Shown: one piece after another, positions 18,771 to 27,955 of the stretch
How the letters are laid out: each line of letters starts with the position of its first letter
Position numbering within the stretch: position 1 is the first letter of the stretch
DNA from: Acinetobacter phage vB_AbaM_14/CRR8
Reading direction: 5' to 3' (one strand)
DNA: 64,000 nt
Sequence record: PV611675.1
Program-made: the position numbers and the translations under genes
Notes under the pieces: model-generated
Seen by the model: the letters and a program-made list of their open reading frames with translations, nothing else
The model's database searches: none
What the model was told of the DNA's origin: nothing

Positions 18771-19966
18771 TGTACGACTACTGGCCTCAATGTAGTCTCT
18801 ATCACCAGCGATATTACATTCAACATGCTAAGGATATGGAATACAAACATGGCTTGGTAGTTGGCGGTAAATATAGAAGGAAGACAGGGGAGTTATATTT
18901 CTTTAGCCACCAGTATCTATGTGATTTCTTTTACATAAATGCTGAAACTATGCGTAAAGAACACGACTACCCTTCCAACTTCGTCGTAGAGGAGGATACT
19001 TTGAAGGTATTTGAAGAATTAAAACATTGGAAACAGAAGGCATTATACATGCATATGTTCCAAGGAAAAACTGGAGCACATATTAGTAGGGAATTGAATA
19101 TTCCTGAACGTACTGTACAAGATAACCTTAAAAAGCTTAAAGGTAAGATTCGTATTGAGGATATCTATGATCCAGATAATGTAGGCAAAAATATTGTTAA
19201 TGGAGCCAAGATTCTATTCCATGATATTGAAACATCATTGGCGGTATCTTACCACTTTGGACAATGGCAACAAAATTTAGGTATTAAGCAACAAGTATTT
19301 GAAAGTCATTTACTATCACACTCATGGGCTTGGAATGATGGAGAGGTTAAAGGCTCTATCTTAACTCGTGAAGAGGTTCTTAAACGAGATGATAGCCGAT
19401 TGGTTATGGAAGTCTGGGCTTTACTAGATGAATGTGATGTTTATGTTGCACACAATGGCAAGAAGTTTGATGTGAAGAAATTGAATGGTTTCTTCCTGAA
19501 ACACGGTCTCCCACCTCCTTCACCATACAAGGTTGTAGATACACTGCAAATTTCTCGTAATAAGTTTGGACTCCCATTCCATAATCTGGCATACTTAGCT
19601 AAATTCCTAGATGTTACTCGTAAGATTGACAACTCAGGTATTGAGCTTTGGATTAGTTGTGCTCAAGGTGATCAGGAAGCTCTTGATGAAATGTTAGAAT
19701 ATAACATTGGTGATATTGTAACTTTACGTGAGGTTTATTACAAAATCATTGGTTGGGATAATAACGGTGTCAATATGGCATTGTATCAGCCAGTACAAGG
19801 TCTTGTTTGTACGCATTGTGGTAATAACGAGATGATTAGGTTGGTTGGTAAGACAGCTACAACTGTACAGATGAAGTATAATGTGTATAGATGTACAAGC
19901 TGTAAAGCCCCACACCGTGGAAATACTTTGAATGGTGAAGATACTAAACTGTATCGTATTATCTAA
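18770..19966 (+). CDS. DEDDh (DnaQ-like) 3'-5' exonuclease with N-terminal sigma-r4/LuxR-like HTH and C-terminal Zn ribbon
   Basis: ILFHDIETSL (Exo I). YVAHNGKKFDVKKL (Exo II). YNIGDIV (Exo III). N-terminal HTH GAHISRELNIPERTVQDNLKKL. C-terminal CTHCG...CTSC. Confidence 0.5.
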   Translation: MYDYWPQCSLYHQRYYIQHAKDMEYKHGLVVGGKYRRKTGELYFFSHQYLCDFFYINAETMRKEHDYPSNFVVEEDTLKVFEELKHWKQKALYMHMFQGKTGAHISRELNIPERTVQDNLKKLKGKIRIEDIYDPDNVGKNIVNGAKILFHDIETSLAVSYHFGQWQQNLGIKQQVFESHLLSHSWAWNDGEVKGSILTREEVLKRDDSRLVMEVWALLDECDVYVAHNGKKFDVKKLNGFFLKHGLPPPSPYKVVDTLQISRNKFGLPFHNLAYLAKFLDVTRKIDNSGIELWISCAQGDQEALDEMLEYNIGDIVTLREVYYKIIGWDNNGVNMALYQPVQGLVCTHCGNNEMIRLVGKTATTVQMKYNVYRCTSCKAPHRGNTLNGEDTKLYRII

Positions 19967-19992
19967 ATGATTGTTAATTAATCAGTTTAGAG

Positions 19993-20020
19993 TTGAAATG
20001 GTGAGTTATTATGATATAAT
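19993..20020 (+). promoter_or_regulatory. sigma70-like promoter TTGAAA-N16-TATAAT with the -10 inside the 7 bp inverted repeat GGTGAGTtattatgatataatACTCACC
   Basis: Read directly from the sequence. Confidence 0.45.
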
Positions 20021-20048
20021 ACTCACCTAAGTTAATTTGGAGGATGTT

Positions 20049-20690
20049 ATGTCTAAGCATGTAGAATTTGGTGTTGAAGAGTTTAATAAGTTTTTGGAAC
20101 AAGAGTTATATCCAGCTGTATTTGAATTTAATGGGGCATGTGGTAAAGACCCAGAGAAGGTTGAAGATATTGATGATGCAGCCGAAATGATTTTAAATGA
20201 ATGTAAGCGTGTGATTGAAGAGTGTGATGAAACAATTGCAGCTTATAAAGCTCGTGATACAAAAGAGCGTTTGGATGGTGTTGTTGATGTGTATTGGACA
20301 AGTGCTCAGTTACAACGATTATTAGATGTGCTTATGGTGAAATTCCCTAATATTATTGCACACATGAAAGAGAATTATGAGTTTGACGAAGTTCTTCAGT
20401 TGAATCATGCTCTTGGTTTGTTCCCTATTGCAATTACGTTAGGTCAAGGTACAATCCTTTCTGGTCATCGTATTGCATTGGCAGCACGTCGAATTATTGC
20501 AAACAACAAACAGAAGTATACCTCTAATATTGAAGAGGCTCTTGACTGGGAGAAACATCGACCTGCTGGTGTTGTACTGCGTAAGTATGAATATAATGGT
20601 CAAGAGTTTTATTGTTTGAAACGTACATCTGATGATTATGTTGTTAAGCCTCATACATTTGAGGATGTAAAATTAGGGGACTTAGTATGA
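20049..20690 (+). CDS. putative all-alpha NTP pyrophosphohydrolase (MazG/dCTPase-like)
   Basis: Helical protein rich in E and D (EDIDDAAEMILNECKRVIEECDE). It lies among nucleotide-metabolism genes. Start taken at MSKHV after ggagg. Confidence 0.25.
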   Translation: MSKHVEFGVEEFNKFLEQELYPAVFEFNGACGKDPEKVEDIDDAAEMILNECKRVIEECDETIAAYKARDTKERLDGVVDVYWTSAQLQRLLDVLMVKFPNIIAHMKENYEFDEVLQLNHALGLFPIAITLGQGTILSGHRIALAARRIIANNKQKYTSNIEEALDWEKHRPAGVVLRKYEYNGQEFYCLKRTSDDYVVKPHTFEDVKLGDLV

Positions 20691-21070
20691 CAAAGAAGTT
20701 GGTACGAGGTCCAGACAGAATACCGCCACCAGAACGTCAAGTAAGCTTTAGTGAGTTGACAGTTGGTGACAAGAAGATTGAACTTGTCCTCGAAAAATGT
20801 GGTGTGGATTTTGTATTGGAGAAACTTTGGGGGTTTGACACTAAACATAAGAGTGGCACACCTGAAGGGTTTTATGAAGTTAAAGAATGTCAACATAGGA
20901 ATCGTGATGGAAAAATCGTCACTGGTAAACTTTATATTGGAGTCGAGAGACTTGATGATGAGTGGATTTTACAAGGCGCACCGTCCGAAAAAGCTAAGTT
21001 GGCTGCAAAGCAAGATTTGTCACTGTACAGAGAACTTTCTAGTATGAGTCGATCAATACAGTCTTGCTAA
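20687..21070 (+). CDS. hypothetical protein
   Basis: 127 aa. Confidence 0.35.
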   Translation: MTKKLVRGPDRIPPPERQVSFSELTVGDKKIELVLEKCGVDFVLEKLWGFDTKHKSGTPEGFYEVKECQHRNRDGKIVTGKLYIGVERLDDEWILQGAPSEKAKLAAKQDLSLYRELSSMSRSIQSC

Positions 21071-21074
21071 ATGT

Positions 21075-21101
21075 GATCCAGCCTTAGTGCTGGATTTTTT
21101 G
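21075..21101 (+). terminator. intrinsic terminator ATCCAGC-cttagtg-GCTGGAT + T6
   Basis: Perfect 7 bp stem followed by tttttt. Confidence 0.6.
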
Positions 21102-21119
21102 TTATATAGGAGTAATAAA

Positions 21120-24026
21120 TTGTCAGGAAAATATACATCAATCTTAATGCAAGAAACGAACTCATATGTTGATAGATTCCCACAGTTCGTTGATGCAATC
21201 ACATTCCAAAAGGAGGATTTATTCTGGACTGAGAAAGAAATCAAAGTAGAGAAAGATGAACAAGACTTAAAGCATAACATCTTGCATTCTCAAGTTCATG
21301 CTCTTATGTTTAACCAACGACTATTCACTAAGTATGAGGATGTCATTGGAAATGATTACTGGATCGGTGTTGTACACAAGAAATACAAATGTCAAGAGAT
21401 TCGTCGACTAGCCATTTGTTTTGCTGATGTGGAGAATAATATTCACTTCCCATTCTACCGTCGAGTGAATGAAGTGCTGGGAACTCATAATGATGAGTTC
21501 TATGATGCATTTGAAACAGACCCTATCTTGGTTGAACGTGTCAAATTCATGCAAGAGTTGGTGGCATCGAAAGATACACTAGCATCAATGGGTGGTTTTG
21601 CTTTCATGGAAGGTGCAGTATTATTTACAGCATTTGCTATGATTAAGTCTCTTGGTGTTAAAGGTCAGTCATTTATGCCTAACTTGATTTCAGGCATTAA
21701 CATGTCGATCCTTGATGAGAATTTCCACATGCAGACAGCTTGTGAGATTTTCCGCACACAGTTAGAGTTAGAGAATCGTACAGAAGAGGATATTAGAAAA
21801 CTTAAAGAGGATATCTTTAAGCATGCACAGAACGTTTTAGAGCATGAGTACATTATCATTAACGCTATGTTAGCTGAAGGGGATATTCCTTTTGCTTCTA
21901 AAAAGGAACTTCAAGCTTTTGCTCGACATCGTGTTAACGTAGTTTTAACAACTCTTGGATTCCCAGAGTTAGCTACATTTGATGAGACTGATGATACTAT
22001 CTCAGAATGGTTCTATGAGTTCATGGGTGGTTATACAAGTAATGATAATTTCTATTCTCGTGGTCGTAACTACAAGAAAGAGTTCTCTGCTGTTGACTAC
22101 GACATTATCTCAAATGGTGCTGTTGAAGAAGTCCTTGCACAAATCCCTGATGAGTATTTAGATCAAATGGGCATTGACTTGAATCGTAAGTTTGAAAAGA
22201 CTTTAGAAGAAGAGTTGGAAGCCCAACGACCTAAACGTAAGAAGCACAACAATGCTGAGGATGCTTTATATGTTCCAGACTATAGTCGTGAACGTAAAGA
22301 GATGCAAGCACGTGGTGAAGCTCCTGAGTGGATGGCAACGGCTGGATGGCAGCTATTTAAGAAGAAATACCTCAATGGTGATGCTAAAACTCCTAGAGAT
22401 CAGTACATGCGAATTGCTGAGTGTTTGGCACAGTATGCACCTAAATCTTACCCTTCTTGGTGGAATGAGATTGACTACTGGAAAGGTAAAACATGGAAAG
22501 ATGCATTCTTCCAGATCATGTGGGATGGCTTCTTAAGTCCTTCGACTCCTGTACTCTCTAACACAGGTACAGATTTTGGTATGTCAGTGTCGTGTTCTGG
22601 TGCTGTGACTGAAGATAGTGTTGCTGGCTTCTATGATGCTCGTAAGATTAACGCTTTACTTTCTAAGGAAGGTTTTGGTACTACGATTGATTTAGATCGT
22701 GTACGTGGACGTGGTAAGCCTATGAAGGGCGGTATCGCAAATGGTGCTCTCCCTGTGGCTCGTATGTTCCGTCAAGATGCTTTAGATATCAGTCAAGGCT
22801 CTCAGCGTCGAGGTGCTACTGCTTGGTACTACAACGTAGAAGGTTTAGACTTTGATGAGTTATTGCACTTCTTAGAATACGACACTGATGGTAACAATGG
22901 TGGTTGGAAAATTACCAACGAACTTATCAACCGTGTTCTTGTTGGTGATACATTAGCCATTGAACGTATGAACAAAATTTTAGCTGTACGTCACCATGTC
23001 GGTCTAGGCTATGAATTGTTTATTGATAAAGTAAACGCTCGTCGTCCTAAGATGTATAAAGATCGTGGTATGATGGTTACTACAAGTAACTTATGTACTG
23101 AGATTACACTGTTTAGTGATCCAAAACATACATTTACATGTGTGTTGTCAAGTGAGAACTTAGTACGTTTTGATGATCGTCCAAAGAACTTGGCATTCGT
23201 TGGTACAGTATTCCTTGACTGTGTGGCTGAAGACTTCATTCAGAAAGGTTCTAAGATCGAAGGTCTTGAAACTGCTGTTGAATTCACTAAGAAAGGTCGT
23301 GCTCTTGGTTATGGTACAATGGGCTTCGCTTCATACTTAATGCGTAACAACATCGAGTATGGCTCAATGGAATCATTCTGGAAGAATAAGAAGATTTACT
23401 CTACTATTGAAGCGGAAACAAAAGCAGCTTCTCGATGGTTAGCTAAAGAACTTGGTGAACCAGAATGGTGTGAAGGTTACGGTGTTCGTAATACTCACTT
23501 GATGGCTATCGCTCCAACTAAGTCTACTGGCTTATTGATGGGTGGTGACTCAGAAGGAATCAACGTTCCATCTGCATTTGTATTCGCACAAGATACACCT
23601 GCTGGTACAGTATTCCGTATTGATCCATCATTCTTGTTACTGTTGAAGCGTAAAGGATTATACAACATTGATCCTGAGACTAAGCGTATCACACCTGAAA
23701 CAGAAGCCTTGTTGAAACGTGTGTCAGATAATTTAGGTAGTGTGCAAACATTAACTGATGTTCTGACAGATAAAGAACGTGCTGTGTTCAAGACAGCTTA
23801 TGAAATTAACCAGTACCGTCATATTGATTTGTGTGCTCAGCGTCAAGAACATATTGACCAAGCTCAATCGATCAATTTATTCATTGCGAATATGTCGGCT
23901 CAAGAGATTTCTAAGTTGTATATGTACGCTGCACTTAACCCTAACATTTTGAGTCTTTACTACCATACTGGTATTCGAGATTCACGTATTGGAGAGAGTA
24001 AAAATGAATGCGAATCATGTATGTGA
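21120..24026 (+). CDS. ribonucleotide reductase, single polypeptide with an NrdB-like N-terminal half and an NrdA-like C-terminal catalytic half
   Basis: The N-terminal half has the ferritin-like diiron and tyrosyl radical signatures: FADVENNIHFPFY (E-x-x-H with Y four residues on), FMEGAVLF, ILDENFHMQ. The C-terminal half has the RNR active site TSNLCTEITL and a terminal CESC pair. One continuous 979-codon frame. Probable start is TTG at 21120 after ataggag. The ORF track begins at 21087. Confidence 0.7.
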   Translation: MSGKYTSILMQETNSYVDRFPQFVDAITFQKEDLFWTEKEIKVEKDEQDLKHNILHSQVHALMFNQRLFTKYEDVIGNDYWIGVVHKKYKCQEIRRLAICFADVENNIHFPFYRRVNEVLGTHNDEFYDAFETDPILVERVKFMQELVASKDTLASMGGFAFMEGAVLFTAFAMIKSLGVKGQSFMPNLISGINMSILDENFHMQTACEIFRTQLELENRTEEDIRKLKEDIFKHAQNVLEHEYIIINAMLAEGDIPFASKKELQAFARHRVNVVLTTLGFPELATFDETDDTISEWFYEFMGGYTSNDNFYSRGRNYKKEFSAVDYDIISNGAVEEVLAQIPDEYLDQMGIDLNRKFEKTLEEELEAQRPKRKKHNNAEDALYVPDYSRERKEMQARGEAPEWMATAGWQLFKKKYLNGDAKTPRDQYMRIAECLAQYAPKSYPSWWNEIDYWKGKTWKDAFFQIMWDGFLSPSTPVLSNTGTDFGMSVSCSGAVTEDSVAGFYDARKINALLSKEGFGTTIDLDRVRGRGKPMKGGIANGALPVARMFRQDALDISQGSQRRGATAWYYNVEGLDFDELLHFLEYDTDGNNGGWKITNELINRVLVGDTLAIERMNKILAVRHHVGLGYELFIDKVNARRPKMYKDRGMMVTTSNLCTEITLFSDPKHTFTCVLSSENLVRFDDRPKNLAFVGTVFLDCVAEDFIQKGSKIEGLETAVEFTKKGRALGYGTMGFASYLMRNNIEYGSMESFWKNKKIYSTIEAETKAASRWLAKELGEPEWCEGYGVRNTHLMAIAPTKSTGLLMGGDSEGINVPSAFVFAQDTPAGTVFRIDPSFLLLLKRKGLYNIDPETKRITPETEALLKRVSDNLGSVQTLTDVLTDKERAVFKTAYEINQYRHIDLCAQRQEHIDQAQSINLFIANMSAQEISKLYMYAALNPNILSLYYHTGIRDSRIGESKNECESCM

Positions 24027-24089
24027 TATGTACGGACTTGGCAAAGAAGGTTGGTATGGAAAAGAAGCTTGGGACTTGTAAAAAAGTTG

Positions 24090-24119
24090 TTGACAAGCTA
24101 AAAAGTAATCATTAATATA
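24090..24119 (+). promoter_or_regulatory. sigma70-like promoter agTTGTTGACA-N18-TAATAT
   Basis: Read directly from the sequence. It abuts the RNR terminator. Confidence 0.45.
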
Positions 24120-24150
24120 GGGACATGTCTTAGGGCGTGTCCCTTTTTTA
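24120..24150 (+). terminator. intrinsic terminator GGGACATG-tcttagggc-GTGTCCC + T6
   Basis: Read directly from the sequence. Confidence 0.6.
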
Positions 24151-24424
24151 TTGTGAGGTGATTATGGGCTGGTTAAAAGCTAAGAAACAAATGGTTATAA
24201 CCATAGGTGAAAATATCTACAAGGTTATTGAATTACGTAGAGATGATGGTAAGCTTTCAAAACTTCGTTTAAATCGTGTTGTTAATGGAGAGGTGGTCCC
24301 TTACATCCACAAATACATAACACTTAATGATGCTTGTTCAATCTATATTGATGGTGTGATTCGATATAAAGTTCAAATGGAAGATGGTAGCATAGGTTTT
24401 ATTTCTGCTGGAGCAATACAATGA
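24137..24424 (+). CDS. hypothetical protein
   Basis: 95 aa. Start is uncertain; an alternative is 24164. Confidence 0.3.
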   Translation: MSLFYCEVIMGWLKAKKQMVITIGENIYKVIELRRDDGKLSKLRLNRVVNGEVVPYIHKYITLNDACSIYIDGVIRYKVQMEDGSIGFISAGAIQ

Positions 24425-25083
24425 GTCTAATTGGTCGATGGTTTAAGGTAGTTGATGATCGTAAAATGCATGATCTGGAAATCCTTAATGGTGATATCTT
24501 AAAGGTTCAAGATGAACATAAAGATGTATCTTGGGGTTACGGAGCAACTAAGGTTGAGTGTGTTCGTGGTGGTGAGAGTAGAGTTCTAACACTTTCAAGA
24601 TTCAGTGGGTATTGGTGCTACTTTTCTGAAGGTATGATTAAAAAAGGTGAATTGGTTGAGGTCGAGCCTACATTTGAAGATGATCAGAAGTCTGATGAAA
24701 CAGAGTATTTGATGAAAGGTAAGAACGGTGAAAGATTGGCTGAATCTGTTAAAAACATTCGAAGTAAATCATACCTTCATGCTCATGGTGTTGAATCTCT
24801 AGAAGATCGATACAACAACTGGATTGTTGAAAATATCCATGTGTACGAATTATTCTGTGAATTTGCGATCAAAGCTATTCAATCAGGTAAGAAAAAGATT
24901 TCTCATTGGTTGATTGTAAATCGCTTACGTTGGGAAGTGGAGATTGAAACTAAAGGGACATGTTATCAAGACAAAGACTTTAAAATCTCAAATGATTATA
25001 TCGCTTTCTTGGCTCGTGACTTCATGAAAGATTATCCACAATATGGTGAGGTATTTACCATCAAGCAGATGAAGCGAGTATAA
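24421..25083 (+). CDS. hypothetical protein
   Basis: 220 aa. Confidence 0.4.
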   Translation: MSLIGRWFKVVDDRKMHDLEILNGDILKVQDEHKDVSWGYGATKVECVRGGESRVLTLSRFSGYWCYFSEGMIKKGELVEVEPTFEDDQKSDETEYLMKGKNGERLAESVKNIRSKSYLHAHGVESLEDRYNNWIVENIHVYELFCEFAIKAIQSGKKKISHWLIVNRLRWEVEIETKGTCYQDKDFKISNDYIAFLARDFMKDYPQYGEVFTIKQMKRV

Positions 25084-25084
25084 T

Positions 25085-26122
25085 ATGTATATAGCAACTA
25101 TGATAGTAATCTTCCTTGCTGTTATGATTTGGATGTGGCACAAGGATTATAAAGGGTATCTATTAATACCTATCCTCTTCTCAATGGTTTTTAGTGCATT
25201 CATGGTATTTATGTACGTTGCAGCTAAAGATTCTCAGGGTGGTGATGTGATGGTCCTTAATGGACATGTCACAAAGAAGTTCTCGCAACGTACATCATGC
25301 AGTCACAGTTATAGCTGTAATTGTCGTATAGTGCAGAATGGGAAATCAACTACAACAAAGTGTGATACATGTTATGAACATCCATATGATGTTGATTGGG
25401 TGGTTAAATCTAACGTTGGATCAGCTGAGATTGACAGGATAAATAGGCAGGGCACTAAAGAACCTCCTAGATTCACACAAGCTTATATAGGTGAGCCATT
25501 CTCGATTGAAATGGATTACTACAACTACATTAAAGCATCACCTTTAAGTGTGTTTAAGGATTATCATACATTCAAGAATGTTTTGACTCCTAGCTACCCA
25601 AAAGTTTATGACTATTACAGGATTAAACATGTGGTTGATTATAATAGTGAATGGAGAGGTCAGTTTGAGGTTATTGACAACTACCTTGCACATAAACTAA
25701 AATATAGTTCAGCTAAGGCTAAGGCCAACGTGGTTGTGATATTCTATGGCAAAGAAGATATACGTGAAGCCATGAGGGTTAAGAACTACGGGGGCAGGAT
25801 TAATGACTTGACTGTTATGATTCAGGCTGCTAAGGATGGGACTATTAAGAATGCTTATGTGTTCTCATGGTCTAAGAGTGATATGGTGAACATTCTACTT
25901 CGTGACGACATTCTTGATATGAAAAATATGAATGGAAGTCAGAAAAAACTTGTTGACAGTATCGACAACATTCTGGTAAAGTACTACACACATCGTAGCA
26001 TGGAAGATTTCAAGTATTTGGAACACAACATTCAAATGCCTATGTGGTATTATGTTGGAACTATACTTGGTATGCTATTAGTTTTAGGTTTTAATTTATT
26101 TATCGTTCGTGATTTGAGGTAA
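25085..26122 (+). CDS. membrane protein with two N-terminal and one C-terminal TM helices and a Cys-rich central domain
   Basis: 345 aa. TM segments IATMIVIFLAVMIWMW, ILFSMVFSAFMVFMYVAA and YYVGTILGMLLVLGFNLFIV. Cys cluster CSHSYSCNCRIV...KCDTCYEHP. Confidence 0.4.
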   Translation: MYIATMIVIFLAVMIWMWHKDYKGYLLIPILFSMVFSAFMVFMYVAAKDSQGGDVMVLNGHVTKKFSQRTSCSHSYSCNCRIVQNGKSTTTKCDTCYEHPYDVDWVVKSNVGSAEIDRINRQGTKEPPRFTQAYIGEPFSIEMDYYNYIKASPLSVFKDYHTFKNVLTPSYPKVYDYYRIKHVVDYNSEWRGQFEVIDNYLAHKLKYSSAKAKANVVVIFYGKEDIREAMRVKNYGGRINDLTVMIQAAKDGTIKNAYVFSWSKSDMVNILLRDDILDMKNMNGSQKKLVDSIDNILVKYYTHRSMEDFKYLEHNIQMPMWYYVGTILGMLLVLGFNLFIVRDLR

Positions 26123-26123
26123 A

Positions 26124-26690
26124 ATGTTTATGAATAAGATTGTATTAGCTATTATTGCAGGATTGGCGAGTATCGCTATTCTATTAGGTGGTTGGAACTA
26201 CGTACATTATAAGAATGTCGGTGTGCAGTATGAACAACAGGTGAAGGCTACATATGATGATAACAAAGTCACATTGAATGCTCTAACTACAAAAGTTCAA
26301 GAGATTGCCCAAGTACCTGACATGTACAAGAAAGATTTACAGGATGTCATCAAGCAGACGTTTGAGGGTCGATATGGTGGAGATGGTTCACAAGCTGTAT
26401 TCCAAATGATCCAAGAGAATAATATGAATCTTGATCCTACTATGTATCGACAGATTCAACAGGTGATGGAGGCAGGACGTAATGAGTTTAAAACATCACA
26501 GAAGCAGTTGATTGATGTTACACGAAACTATGAGGCATCTTTAAACTATGTGTGGTCAGGGTTCTGGTTGAATATTGCAGGTTATCCTAAGATTAATCTT
26601 AATGATTATCGAGTGATTGTAACTGATGAAGTTGATCAAAAGATGAAATCAGGTAAGGACTCTGTAATTAAGTTGAAATCTGGAGAGTAA
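26124..26690 (+). CDS. LemA-family-like membrane-anchored protein
   Basis: 188 aa. One N-terminal TM segment. The C-terminal R-x-Y-x5-Y-x10-N-x-AG-Y pattern resembles LemA proteins. Confidence 0.4.
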   Translation: MFMNKIVLAIIAGLASIAILLGGWNYVHYKNVGVQYEQQVKATYDDNKVTLNALTTKVQEIAQVPDMYKKDLQDVIKQTFEGRYGGDGSQAVFQMIQENNMNLDPTMYRQIQQVMEAGRNEFKTSQKQLIDVTRNYEASLNYVWSGFWLNIAGYPKINLNDYRVIVTDEVDQKMKSGKDSVIKLKSGE

Positions 26691-26691
26691 T

Positions 26692-26871
26692 ATGAAAGCA
26701 CTTTTCGCAGGTTATTGGATTGCAATGTTCTTGTGTTTACTGGGTTGGATTCTCAATATTAAACAGATTATTGGTAGTGCAGTTGTATTTTCATGGTTGT
26801 TGGTGGCTAAGGTTGCTGGAATCTTTATCTTTCCAGTTGGAATTGTGTTAGGTTGGGCTGGAGTATTTTAA
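26692..26871 (+). CDS. small two-TM membrane peptide (59 aa)
   Basis: MKALFAGYWIAMFLCLLGWILN...VFSWLLVAKVAGIFIFPVGIVLGWAGVF. Its start abuts the LemA-like stop and its stop overlaps the next ATG. Confidence 0.3.
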   Translation: MKALFAGYWIAMFLCLLGWILNIKQIIGSAVVFSWLLVAKVAGIFIFPVGIVLGWAGVF

Positions 26872-27098
26872 TGCCAAAGTTTAAGATTTGTGTTACACGT
26901 ATTCATGTTGATGAGTTAATCGTGGAGGCAGCTGATTTAGAACATGCACAAGAAATTGGAAGTAATTACGAAGATCAGATGGAATCTACACGAGATAACC
27001 ATATTGAGTCTGAATGGCCTGTGACTCCTCTTCCAGATGATGCTAAGGTAAATTACAAACCTACAGCAAAATATCTTGCAATGAAGAATTGGAAGTAA
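26871..27098 (+). CDS. hypothetical protein
   Basis: 75 aa, acidic. Confidence 0.35.
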   Translation: MPKFKICVTRIHVDELIVEAADLEHAQEIGSNYEDQMESTRDNHIESEWPVTPLPDDAKVNYKPTAKYLAMKNWK

Positions 27099-27104
27099 TA
27101 TAAT

Positions 27105-27133
27105 GGGATCATCGAAAGGTGGTCCCTTTTTAT
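27105..27133 (+). terminator. intrinsic terminator GGGATCatcgaaaggtGGTCCC + T5
   Basis: One of three terminators sharing the loop aTCGAAAGGt. Confidence 0.6.
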
Positions 27134-27145
27134 TAGGAGAATTAA

Positions 27146-27391
27146 ATGTATATACATGGCAGAAGTATAGCTTATGTGATTGTAGATGAATGCTTGCATG
27201 AGGTCGAGAGTGTTGATGCAGCGTTAAAGATTCTTGCTGAGAAAGTGGAAAAGAGGAGAAAGTTTTCAATAGATGAGACTACTAGTTTATTTCCGAAGTT
27301 CGCAATGGAAGTAAACAAACGTCCACCAGAACCAAATGACTGGAGACGTAAAAGTAAACGTGGCTTCAATGGATATCAACGTCATGTCTAA
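27146..27391 (+). CDS. hypothetical protein
   Basis: 81 aa. RBS taggagaatta. Confidence 0.4.
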   Translation: MYIHGRSIAYVIVDECLHEVESVDAALKILAEKVEKRRKFSIDETTSLFPKFAMEVNKRPPEPNDWRRKSKRGFNGYQRHV

Positions 27392-27417
27392 TAAATTTAA
27401 TTTAAGAGGTAGCGAAG

Positions 27418-27531
27418 ATGCTAACTAAACACGAAAGATTAGCTATACTATACTCATTTATTGGGATCATATACTTGGTTGTGATTATGATGGGTGTTGG
27501 TTCTTATTTAGATAAAACTTGTGGAGGTTAG
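27418..27531 (+). CDS. small hydrophobic peptide (37 aa)
   Basis: MLTKHERLAILYSFIGIIYLVVIMMGVGSYLDKTCGG. RBS gaggtagcga. Confidence 0.25.
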   Translation: MLTKHERLAILYSFIGIIYLVVIMMGVGSYLDKTCGG

Positions 27532-27532
27532 G

Positions 27533-27955
27533 ATGGGTAAAGCAGCTCGCCTTAAACAGCAACGTAAGGCTCGTGTGGCGATTTTACAGAAGAGAGGTAC
27601 GATTACACCGATTGACATTGAAAAGGTCAAATCTGGACCAATGGGTGCAGCATACTGGGTTACTGGATACTTCTGGGAACATGATGTCAAGATTGTAGAG
27701 CCATTTTGTGTGGTGAATAAGTTTGGTAACTTGAATATTACAAGTTTAGGTATTGGTGACATGGAGTTCTATGAGGCTAGAAAACTATTGAAGTCACCAA
27801 ACAATATCCTTATATTTGAGGATCGGGTTGCAGCTTTAGATGCTTGTCAAGCTTTACACAATGAAAAAGAGCTTCTTGATGGTATGTTTGAATTTATGTC
27901 TAAGGAAGATTTTGAACAATTTGCAAATGATAGGGTAGGAAATGAAAATGAGTGA
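27533..27955 (+). CDS. hypothetical protein
   Basis: 140 aa. RBS ggaggttagg-ATG. Confidence 0.4.
   Translation: MGKAARLKQQRKARVAILQKRGTITPIDIEKVKSGPMGAAYWVTGYFWEHDVKIVEPFCVVNKFGNLNITSLGIGDMEFYEARKLLKSPNNILIFEDRVAALDACQALHNEKELLDGMFEFMSKEDFEQFANDRVGNENE

Noticed and set aside
21120-24026. Possibility that the extra N-terminal 400 aa of the RNR ORF is an intein or an unrelated insertion
   Set aside because: The extra segment carries the full set of NrdB diiron and tyrosyl-radical motifs in the correct order. It has no intein splice-junction or homing endonuclease motifs, so a beta-alpha fusion is the better reading.
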